Origin: Phoronis australis
Taxonomy: Eukaryota; Animalia; Phoronida
DNA length: 64,000 nt
NCBI GenBank assembly: GCA_002633005.1
Contig: NMRA01000025.1
Coordinates: 404,300 to 468,299 of the forward strand
Direction: 5' to 3'
A program made the position numbers and the translations under genes. The notes under the pieces are model-generated. The model worked only from the letters and a program-made list of their open reading frames with translations. It ran no database searches and was not told the origin of the DNA. Below, one piece after another: positions 37,579 to 49,800 of this stretch (position 1 is its first letter; the number at the start of each line of letters is the position of its first letter).

Positions 37579-38902
37579 TATTTTTAGATGTAATCTGTTA
37601 CAACAGAGATAGATTTATTGAAAAGGTTACTCCGATCAGATATTTTTTTATATTTTGGTATTTATTTGAAAGAAGTTTTCGGTGGTAACAATTCTAAACT
37701 TACTTTGTTCCACTAAATAAACTTTACACCGTGAGCCCTATATTCTCTATTAACACCGGAACGAAGGAATGCAAACAAATCCCAAGCATGTGCTGCGCAA
37801 CCTCATTCCAACTTCTTGTTCAGTAACGCTAGAACCTCGCTAAGAAGCAAGACTGCGAGATTTCTTGATATATTGCCGTGTACTTTAGCTAGGTCCTAGC
37901 GTAGGTTCTAGCGTACATGTAGGTCCTAGCGTTATTGAACGCACGCCTGGTCTAGAGTTCAGTTGTCGGAACTAACTGAGACTCGATGTAACATTCAGGA
38001 AAGGTTACTGTATTTTTATTATAACACAAAACCTTTCTACGCAGATTCATATCCATTTATGGCAGTGGTTGTGGCCGAGTTGAGATGGCGTTAAAAACAC
38101 ATAAACAGTAAATTTGGAAAACAAAGTATACGATTTTGAGAGAACTGTTGGCAGCTTCAAAAATGATACAGGTGCAAATCAAAGGCATCCTTTTTAGTAA
38201 AGCAATCCCGGGAGGTTGTGCAAAGGAAAATCGAAATGATGAGGTGTTTAAATGAGTTGTCAATGGACCCATTAAGTTTTAACAGTAAGGAGTAGCGCAG
38301 AATAATCAACATAACAAAGGGAGACATTCAATTAACAACGTGCAGAGTGACCATGTTCATGTACATGTACACTATATACTTGTGGCCTCTAGAGGAGGAA
38401 AGATCGATTTCAAACTTGTCTAGAGATCAACACACCCCGTCTAATTATAAACTACTTAAAAGGGTGTTTCAACGAATTCAAACACGTTCTCCTGTGCCAC
38501 CCGCTGCGAATTGCAGCCGTAAGTGTCACCGACCCCACGTGATCAGCTTCTCTGCTTACTAAAAATCTGGCATAACATACATGTACATGTAGATGTGTAA
38601 CAAAGCTTGTATTTCAAACTGTCCAGCTTCAGGCAAGTGCCATGAATCCCTGAGACCCATTTTCACGAAAGACGTCGCTCTAGTCGGTTGGCGGCAGCGT
38701 TGGCTTACGTAGTAAACGACCGAGACCAGTAAGTAGCATGTCGTCCGAACGATCAGAGGCCTTACGCAAATTCGCCAGAAACGTGCATGTACAGTAAACG
38801 CATGCTGTCCTCTAGGGCGTAAGCCAATTACTGCTGCCGAAACCATACCATTAGAGAAATGCTTGTCCGTGTAAGTGTGACGAGGAATTATGATCCATCT
38901 TA

Positions 38903-39043
38903 TTACATCCAGGGTATCGTATCTAGGTCAGCATTTCCACCGCATAAAATGATTCCAACTTTCTTGATGGATGGGTCTAGTGTCTTCATCTTATCAGACA
39001 GAAGTCCAGCGACAGATACGGCAGCCGATACCTCAATAACCAA
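38903..39043 (-). CDS. SRR: Racemase exon 8 (terminal)
   Basis: LVIEVSAAVSVAG...KVGIILCGGNADLDTIPWM then TAA. Confidence 0.93.
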   Translation of the reverse strand: MVIEVSAAVSVAGLLSDKMKTLDPSIKKVGIILCGGNADLDTIPWM

Positions 39044-42000
39044 CTGAAACAAGGATGTGAAACACGGATAGGAACGCAATTGATGGCCACGGCTAGCTGC
39101 AAAGAAAGTTATTTTGCCATCAAAAATGGACGTGTGGTAACTTGAAAAATAACAAGCGTCACGCCGTTACATCCCTATTGTAAGCTTAGTCTGCTAACTA
39201 GTTTAGGCCATCATCACGGCCTGTCTACTCCAGCTCTCCAAAACATTACTAAACGTTAAGTAAAAGCGAGTCCACCATTATATGCTTCAGAATGCGAACA
39301 CTCCAAACGGAATGTGGTTCTGTTGGCAAGCACAATAAAAGTACTTGTAGTAAAGTAATCATTTCCGCTTAGCTGATGAAATTACAAACCGAATACAATT
39401 CCAAACCAGCTTTGTCAAACTTATCACCGTAGACGTCCATTAGCATGAACGTATAGTTTCAAATGTGCAGATTATTGTATAGAATTTTTTGAGAAGTTTG
39501 ATTGTTTTCAGGCGGTGCACCAAAAAATGGCCCCCGCAATCGGTTCGGAGACACTGGGTATGGGTTCTAACATATGTGCTCAAAATTAATTTTGATAATA
39601 TTTTGACATATTCCGTCAAAATAAGTGTTTATTACTCTATACTCTAGTATATTTTGTCTACGCAGACCAGTTTCCAGTCCTAGATTCGAGCTAAAAACTC
39701 GAGTAAAACATGAGATTGCGAGTAAAAATTCGAAATTTCGAGTTTGACAGTCATCTACATGTACATGTACGTAAAGCACAGTACACAACTACAGACACTT
39801 AGGCCTATCTTGTGCTTGTACACGCATTAAATTAGTAGAAAACGTCAAAAATAATTTCAAGTACAGAGATTACTAGACCATGGGCCCCGGTTTTTAATTT
39901 TTATAAAAACTGGAGAAACTGGTGGCAAAGAACAATAGTCTACATGTAGGACTGTAATTTTTTAATTGTCACTACTGAGTAGTATACAAGTGATTGGTTG
40001 ATAGGATACATTACGTACATGTATGTTTCAAACAGTATATGGATGTGCCTCGAATTTTCTGCGTGCGTAAATGTCCGTCAGCCCGCCTTTGACTACCATC
40101 ACATTGACGTCACTGGTAGTACATGTGTGGCCTGGGAGGTTGAAATGTTCCCCAATAGAAACCGCCTTATTATTGAGAAGGATCGTCTGCCTAGCCGTTC
40201 ATTGTTTTCCTTTGTTACGTCTTTGAGGGATATAACAATACAGGTCGGGATACCGTACCTGTACCTTGGGCGGTCTTTAGCAGGTTATCAATAAATGCTA
40301 ATTTGTGACCTAGTTGCCCGTAGGACTGAGTGACAGCGAGCTTACCTTGAGTTCAGAGAATACAGTTTTCATCGCATCTACAATCTGTTTGTCGTCCTGG
40401 AAGTGCAATGGTAATAGAAATTGAACTATGATTGGTTGTACAGATTGTGTTATTATTCAAAATTATATTACATTAGAATTGGCAGTTTTCTCATTGACGA
40501 ATTAAATAGAAAATCATATTGTACATTGGGAGAAAAAATACAGCTTCGCCGGCATGACGGCTAGTTCCGTTCACAGCAAAAATGGCTGGTTATAACCATT
40601 ACGCGAAAAAAATCTCATTACATAATGACTTAGTCAGCTTACTAAATTTTAAATTGGTTACCAGTCACTGAAATTTGCCTTACATCATACATGTACAGTG
40701 CCCTAGCCAGTTGTAGACTTTGTGAATGATAGTTTGAAATTGGTACATTTTCTCAACCACAGTCTAGTCCTTCTTAACAAATATGGAATGTCTGGCCTGG
40801 TCTTCCTATTCCCCCCAAGCAAACACCTATGACTAAACTTGCGTTCTGAGGAGCCAATGTTGCCTAATGGTATACATGTCCGTTTCCTTTACTCAAGGTC
40901 GTGCGCTCGCGTCCCACTAGGCCACCCTACCTAGTTCCTTGAAGAAGGCCTCAGCTTTGTTTTGACTATAAGGAAGCATAAAATGGTTCCAGGTGTTCAG
41001 TGCAAAGGGCACACCTGAGCGGCCTGCGTCCCGGCCGTCTGGTACGCCGTGTACTGGGCCGCCTGCAATTGTTCAGTTTAAACATGCATTCAGACTTACG
41101 CAAACTATGGTTATTTGGCGGCAATGCCTGTATCAGCTAAATCCCGAGGTACCTCCAACGTTTTTTGTTAATTATGTCGTCGGAAAGAAAACCCTAGAAT
41201 TTATCATACCAAGGCGTCAATATTGGGTATCGGACAAAGGGGTTATCAGGCGCGGATCCAGGATTTTGAGTTAATGGAGGCCAGGGCAGAGTATTAGCCA
41301 GGATTTTGCCCGTCAGACATTCGCACCCCCGTTACTGCCAAATGGAATATGGGAGAATTTTAGGGGGGCCATGGCCCCCTATTGGACCCCCCTTACATCC
41401 GCCACTGGTTATAATTACATATGAAACTCGGGTTGACACCGACGCAGTCAAACGCACATCTACGACCAGTTGTTATAACTTCGCGGAAACGATTGAAAAA
41501 TAAATGCTTTTCTTTTACTTCAGCATGGGCGGCGAACCACAAGGGGGTAGGGCGCTATACCCCCATTTTTTCAGTGCTGCGCCGACCATGGTCCGTAGGC
41601 GGTGCCCAACATGGGGAATGGGGATGCTTTAGCCCTCCCCCCACTTTTTTCAGTGATGCTCCGCCCATGCCCAGTTCAAACAACAAGCCGTGATTTTCGC
41701 AATTTACCTATCGCCAGGATTTTGAGTGACGGCTTAACTGACAATTCAGAACTTAGCATTAATGACTCACCTTCGTTTCCAAGCCGCCACTTTACCCAAC
41801 AAACAACACGTTGCCGGGTACAACTTATTGTTTGTTAGTCGACATTACGCAAGGGGGCGGAGCTTGCGATAGGTCAATTCACAGTCACCGTGCTTAAACA
41901 GAACAGCGACAAGAACTTACAACGGTAAAGACGTCTTTCTCCACCAGGGGGCACAAGGATCTAAACGGCAATTTTGCGACTTTCATTTTCCTCAAACCTT

Positions 42001-43791
42001 CTGCAATCGTGTCCAACCGCGGGTTAATTTCCGACCAAAGGAATTGTCCTTAAAAATAAACGAATGAGATTACACAGGCTACTAAATAGGGGGGAGGGCT
42101 TCTGAGGAATTGCCAATAAGACGAGAGCCCGAGATTTGGAAGACGCGTTACTCTTATTGTTTTTACCTCGACAATTGAGGACTTTAGAAGCGGCGGTGCT
42201 CTTCCTGTTTGAGTGTGTGCGTGCATTCTGTATGCACTTATAAGTAAATTTATCGAAAAGCTTTTTGTACAAAGCTTTTTTTAGAAAAGCGTTTTAGTGA
42301 AACTTTTTACACACGCATAAAAATTTCATGCTCGGCTTAATGCCCACCCAGATTTTTTACTTTTACGATTGAAGTATCGAAGGTGTTTTAAAACCCGCAT
42401 TATTGCGGTAATACAGTGAAACATAAATAAAATGAAAATTAGTGCAAATTAGTAGATTTCATGCTATAGTTAAACATTAGAGTAGTTCTAGCATTAGGCC
42501 CTAACCAGATCACGCCGGCTCACTGCAAAACCTCTAAAATGCGCCATCTGGCGCTGAGGAACTGCGCTCAGTAATAGTTACTAAAAGTCCAATTCATTCA
42601 AATAGGGTTTGCTATGTAATGGTAAGAACATCAAATTAACTGATCATAACAAGTTACACTGATCTGACGTCATAAGACATTGTGAAATCACTGACCTTAA
42701 GTCACTGATAGCCGGCATCTTCATTACAGGACACTCACGCATTCTACGATAGGACATTTGCAGCCCTGAGGCAAACAGGAACCAACAAAGGAAACTGAAT
42801 TGTAATCATGTATTCACGACTGATAATGTCAAATGCTAATGCGATAATCACAAGATATACAATATGGCTTTTTTCTTAAGAATTACAAATCCAAAAATCA
42901 AGCTATTTTTTGGTTTAACACCGATTTTATTATGAAAACTAACACGTTCATACTTTTGGGAACAGTTGCGTTTATTGCTATATAAGTAATATGGTGGTTC
43001 GTCCCATTGAATGCCAGCATTGTGCAAAAATTAAACTAACCCAGAGGATAGATTATCCAGTTTCATGCAACCCAGCCGTGGCCATCTATACATGTATATA
43101 CATCGCATGCTGTTAGTGGACCAGAGATTCAATCGAAGGACATAGTCAAGAAGACACAGTCAAGATGCATCTGCTACAGATAACTGCATTTCTGCGAGAG
43201 ACTCAGCTTTGGGGAAAAGTTCGGAAGGCAATGAAGCACCACGGCAATTTAACTGAAGAGTGGGATATTTCGTGGGCAAACTGTTTGCGTGGCGCAACTT
43301 CACCTTCCACTACAAATGTGCAACTCGGGATTTCACTGACAGTCAGTGGGTATTACAAAAAATCCTTCTTGCTATTGTGGTGGATTTTCGCGGTCATTTA
43401 CCAGATCATCTACGTGGCGTTGCAAGCCGCTGTGCTTTACGAAGAAGGCGACGCCGAGGAAGAAGAAATGGCCGAAAAATGGAGTAATGGACGAGAGCTG
43501 GCTATGTCCTACTCTTTCCACCGACAGACAGGAGTTGATAACAGGACTTTTGTTTTCTACTGGCTTACGTCTCATTCTTGATGACCTATGTACAAGCCAA
43601 GCGTGGTGCCCCAGAGCCGCAACCATCAAATTTGAAGGACGAACTATAGCATAACAAACATGATCTGCTATTTAACGACTGAATCGTTGATCTGAAAGGC
43701 AGTGCAGAGACGCTGATATGATATTGACATGGACGAGGAAGACGAGCGAGAGAAAAGTTAAACAGAGAGCATGAACACACAAACACAAACA

Positions 43792-43855
<64 letters not shown>

Positions 43856-46800
43856 ACAATTTCCCTGAGAAGGAAGGGTCCAAAGTATCCCAGAAGGTCG
43901 CATGGGAACCACATCAAAACAATAAAAGCAATAACGAGAAGGCTCCTGCCAAGAAGAAAAATTTCTGCCCTGGTACATGAAGCTACGGTGAGTTTTGTTT
44001 CGTGTGTGCTTCCTTGACACCTACTCTAAAGTCCAGTTCCTGGGCAGCCGATTCTGATCAGTGAAACGTACAGCACTTACGACGGCATGTTACTGTCCTA
44101 TTTGTGGTCTTTTTCATAGTCAACTAACCAGCACGTTTCTTACACCTCTGGGTTTCGAAGATCATCTTTTCCACATAGATGTAGGTTGGATTCACCGATT
44201 AGTAGTGGTATAAAGGAGGGATAACTCAAGACTAGAATCCATTCATTTTATGTTGGTATGAGTCGAAAAGGCCACATTTCACGGCAGACAATGTGACGGT
44301 GTCATAGTGTGTACTGTTTCCTTCAACCTAAGCGTCGATAGTGATCACAGTCTGTCTCCGTAAACTAATCTTCCTTAGGCAGATTTGTGCGCAGTAAATA
44401 CCGACATGAACTCGTGATCACAATCACAGGACGTTTAGAATTAGTGGTGTAGATGTATGCATTTGACTAAATGAGAGACGAGTGAAAAACTGGGTGAGCG
44501 TGTTTGGCAATAGTTTGTTGTTTACTCATGTCTATTTTCTTAAGTGAGTACGGAAATATAACATTTGACATATCATGTGTATTTAATGCGACGTTGTTTG
44601 GAACTTGGTGAGAATTAAATGCATAAAGATTCCCAGAAAATGAGAGACCTTAATAATGAATGACTTAAAGGACTCAAAGCACGTAAAGCATGCCAATGTA
44701 ATAAAGGACGAAGAAATCAGAGGAAGAAGCATCAGAAGTCATAACAGGAAGAAGCATCAGAAGTCATATAATAAATAGAGAATCCTACACTCATCTCAGC
44801 TTTACCTACTCGATGTTATAAACCAGTCGTGTCGTAACACATTTCAGGCCATGTGAGAAAACAAAATATAGACCGATCCGTTCTGTACATGTATATCAGA
44901 TCATGAGATTAGGCCTAATGTTGCTCTGATTCAGTCAATGACACCTGATGTCACTATTGGGATCGTTCCATTTTTGTACAATATTTGCCCATGTAATATG
45001 TTAGCCACGGTTTAGTAATAGTTTGTGAAAATGTGAGTCTGAGTACTGTTGCATATATGATTCGAGATATCGTACAAAATGTGGTCTTGAATTTTTTGGT
45101 GTGTTGCAGAAACACACACTTTTTGGACCTACGGTTTCAGATGCTTTGTAAACAAATTTTTATATTGCAAGTGTGACAAATCCATAGAATAAAAAATATC
45201 AGATTGTGTAAACAAATGTAGATGCAGAATACGACTTAGTACAGTTGTCCATGTTCGGTGCTCTAGAAAATATAAGTTACGTCGTGCTCCTCATAATAAG
45301 TAGTTATTAGCCGTGGTCGCATGACTGGGTACTTTTGTTAAAGTTTATTTTGTCAGTTATAGTAGAGGTGTTTGTTAAAAATAACCTTTGCGAAAACTTT
45401 GAAACTCTAGTCAACTTTCTATACTGAACAACACAAACCAATCAACAGCAACGATTTCCATGAAACACACTCCAACTTTTTGTACAGACTATCTCACCTG
45501 CTCTCAGACTTTTCTCCATGTCTTTACCTTTGGGTTCAACGGCATAAACTAGAATACATGGAAAGCGCATCAACCATCTGTAAAAACGATATCTTATAAC
45601 ATCACTATTTATCTGCAATACATCCGGGGATGAATTTTCGAATCCTTAGATCTGAGATTCATTTAACTTGGCCGCACTACGCTCCTACAGCCCTTTCCTG
45701 TCTAACCGATTGCTGTTGCAATGTCCATGAAACATGTTTATGTTCCACTAATTCATAATCAGTAGGCCCAACGTGTCTCGTGTGCATGTATACACAGCCA
45801 AATTGTTAATGTTAGCTAAACTTAAGGACCCACAAAAATAATCCGAGCCATAGAGGGCTCTCATGGCCTCTCGGTGGAATGGTAAAAATTTCTGGAAACC
45901 AGTTTTCGGTTCTGGAGAATAAGTCGGTCATCGGTCTCTAGAGGCATTGGAAAATAAAATAATGTCTGGGTCGAACCTGAATTGTCTCTAAGTAAGTGAT
46001 TATCTTCTATTCTAGTGTCCGATTGCATGAAACAGTCTCAAAGAAGGACTCAACTAAGGTCCCTAATTTTAATGCGTCCCTGTAGACTTGTGAAAACGCT
46101 GCATGTCCTTTCTTATGCTATTTTAGTTTCATTTTTAGTCAATTTTTGGCTTTGATACAAAGCGAGGATGGATTTTACATTGAATTCTCAATAATATCGA
46201 AAAAGGTAGAGATCTTTTCATGCAACACCCCTAATTTAAGGACTAAGTCCCTACTTATTTTCACCGAATTAAGGGCTCAGATTTTAGTTGTTTATTAGAT
46301 AATGTCATAAGTGAAAGAACCTCTCATAATAAAGACAAAATGATAAAAAAGATTAAACAAGTGCGTAAAGAACGACACCAATATGCAAAAGATTTAGGGA
46401 CCTTACTTGAATCCGCTTTTGGGATTGTTTCATGCAGCCCGGCAAAGGGCCCTCAGACACTCTATAATTTCGAGCCCGCTAATCTTCAAGTCGGCGCTGG
46501 CCGTGTTGAACACGAATACCTTTTGCACTGGGTTTGGTTGTACGGACGGACACAGCCGTTCCCGCCAGCAGTCCCCCACCGCCACAAGCTACTAAAACAG
46601 CGTCCAAATCGGGTACTTGTTCAATAAACTCCAGTCCCACCGTTCCCTGTTAAACAGTAATGACCAAATGTAAATTGTTAAAGATAATACAATAATAAAT
46701 ACAGCATCCTTTGCGTACAACGTCCGTGATGCCGTTAAATAAATAAACACGATTTTAACTCCAAGCCTCTATGTACTGCAAAATACCAGGGAGTCGCTGT

Positions 46801-49800
46801 GTTTCTTTGCTTTTTCCCCCAATGCATGAACCCAGCTACTTTTGGCAGCACCAATGACAACGATTCAAAATCTGTAAATATTCATTCACGCCGTTCATTC
46901 TCATCACATGACGATATAGTGCGCATTAATTTGTTATCAGGTGCAGTGCAGCATCTCATTGAAGACGAGATTTGTGTGCATTTCCCAGCGCTAACCCTTT
47001 GAGGTACTCTGCCAAACTTTAACTTTGGAAAGTATGATTTCAAGGAAGAATCAACAGTCGGTCGGACTTCAAAACCACTTCCCCGTGCAATGTACTTCAA
47101 AACCAGTCGGCTGGATTGCAACACCAAATGACCGGTGATCGAACGTGTTGTCCGAACTTCAAAACGCGATGGCTTCGCCCCCAAAAAACTAGTTGGATGG
47201 ACCCAAAATATGATGGCCGGTGCTACAACCACTTGGTCGGTGATCAAACAAGACTGCCAGACTTCCTCAGAGGCTCGCGTTGAATGTCTCGAAGGATTCG
47301 AATGACATTTTCCAACCTGTTGTAGGTCCGGCCAACCAGTTTTTGGGTGCTGCCACTTGCTTTTGAGGTACCGGCCAACCAGCTTTGAGATCCGACCACC
47401 ACTTTTGAACACCAGCCATTCGGTTTTGCAGTCCATCCAGCTGGTTTGGAAGACCGACCAATTTTCATTCCGCTCCTTGTATTTGCGAATTTGTGAACCT
47501 ATAACACGAATCTCTTCAGACCATCCCATAGTCGACTACATACGTAGCAATGGTATCTGTACACGGGCAAGCTTAGCTTTTTCCGGCGCATACATGTAGT
47601 ATATGCCATGCCAGCCAACACACTCCAGCTGAGTAAACTACTTGTCTCTAAGGCAGTGCGGAGATGTGAACACGTCAATGGTGTGTTTTTCCGTGTAGAA
47701 AGTTTTGGTATTGACATAGTCATCCATAGGCGGATTTAGGGGGGAGGGCCCCCCACTGCGCTGACGCACGCAAAATCTGATGAAACAGCAACAGCGTGAA
47801 GTGTGGGGAAATATAGGGTTCTATAACTAGGACCGGTAGCGGATGAGATCCCAGGGGAATCGTTTTCCCGTTTTTTTAGTCCACCGATAGATATTCTGAA
47901 GGGAAGACCCACATCCCGGCCCCCGCAACTTTCGGGCCCCTATGCAAATACAATCGCGCTTTGCCCAATTCCCCGAAACATCATGTTGCTCCCCCCCCCC
48001 TTATGGTATCCTAGATCTGCCACTGGCATCTGCCTGTTAACGATGGTAATGGTTAGTCCATGATAGAATTCTGTAACGCTAGGACCTATTAAAGCAAGAC
48101 TTCATGACACTAGGTGAAGTATTGCTGACTGCTTTAAACGAGACTACGTGATTTTGGCCAGATATATTTTAGCCGCGGCGAAACGGCTACTTAACTATAG
48201 CCCGCATTTGCCTTCAGAGGTACAGATATTTTGGGAGTGCGGACTGAATGGGCTTTTTGGTATTCCAAGTTTTCAAAAGCGTTCGGATTAATGCAATTGG
48301 AAAATGTCCGGACCCTTGTCAAATGACGTCGTATGGATGTGTATATGTAATGAATTGACTGAGTTACATGCACGTTGAATGGGTCAACTTTTTACGTACC
48401 TGGCCAGCAACGACACTAGCTCGTTCACAGGGGCTAATGTACTTGTACGTGTCAGGCAAACCACCCCCTTTCAAAAAATCTAAAAAGAAGCTTCGCCTGT
48501 AATAGAACGTGAATATAGGGTCACTCGGCATTGAAATTCCTGGTTTACATTACACTTCGCCTCATATACTTGAAAGTTTTGCTAAATAGCCTCCACCCCG
48601 AAATACAGTACCGCTCTTAGCCTGATTGTGCGATAGTGAGCCCCACGGGGCACTTGTTTCATAGTTGCACACCGCTGCCATGCTAATCACGATTTTACAA
48701 CAAAAACGTTTACCGTTTTTTCATAGTGATTTGGAAATGAGCTTTACTGTTGCACGGTAATATGCAATACAGGCATAAATAACAAAAGCTTCGCGAGGCG
48801 CAGTAAACTGTTTTTCATTCTTATCTGAATACTCAGAAGTTTGTGTTAGCGGCCATACATTAGGTCAATCATACAGTGCGATGATTTCAGGAAGTGGAAC
48901 AAGAGGACTTTTTCCAATGGAGCTATCAACAGGTGCCAAGACGCGCTTTATACCACTATGTAGAAACCTTCTGTCCGCATTATAGGGCATCTGTAGGCCG
49001 GGTGCAGGGCTGAACGTTTGTGCATCAAAGACCTGATAGCCGTCCGACGAGTAAATGAATTTCAATATGACCCGACTATTTTGCAAGTCAGCAATTGACA
49101 TGACCATGAAAATACACACTAAACATTTTATTTCATAGGTTCGTTTCTTAGAAGTATTGGAGCTAACAAAAGGAGAAATGTATAATGTTATAATTTGTTC
49201 ACGCATATTCGTGGTCACGTCAAATTGAGAATTTTCTGTTTCAGTGTGTACTTTAAGCATTGACACAGTTGAAGCATCAATCTTGCACGCATTTACGTTT
49301 GGCTGTTGGGGGCAAGTGCCTTGTTATTTTCGCGACATAATGCACGGCACGTTCAAACGACACGTGTCGTTTAGTCCCCAAACAAATGATGTCATCGACC
49401 CAATTCATGCGGCGGACATTAGAATCCAAAGCGAGGCTCAATGCGATAAACAAAGCGGAAGTTGACATTGCGTGAGTTAAATAGCCGGTCTTTCGAGTCC
49501 TACCTGGATATTAAATTTTAATAATTTGTCAAAAATTAACCACAGAGACGTAGAAAATTACATTAGAGAACAAGTTAAGGCGCCAAAGAGTTGTCTGACG
49601 AAAGGGTTTTATTTTTTCAAGTTCGGAAAACTAGGTTCGAAACATGAAAAGTAAATAAGACCAAATTGCGGCGATCGTATTGTTACGGATTAGGTATTAT
49701 GCTGAATGCAGGGTTACGTTTTTACTTGTAAATTGTTGATCAAAATACTTTCTACACGAACCAGGTCAACTGCTCCTATTGTTGACGAGTTGAAGACATA

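Noticed and set aside
42739-42765. AG/GT-bounded mini-exon (GLQMSYRRM) on the racemase strand
   Set aside because: The gene is complete and colinear with homologs without it; the equivalent helix is encoded by 40346-40396
43586-44020. ORFs with poly-CV or poly-HT
   Set aside because: Translations of the (AC)n microsatellite
46882-47529. 215-aa minus-strand ORF
   Set aside because: Overlaps the 21-bp foldback array; no recognisable domain and not needed in the racemase splice path
48865-49266. 133-aa minus-strand ORF in racemase intron 2
   Set aside because: No family motif in any frame; treated as a chance ORF
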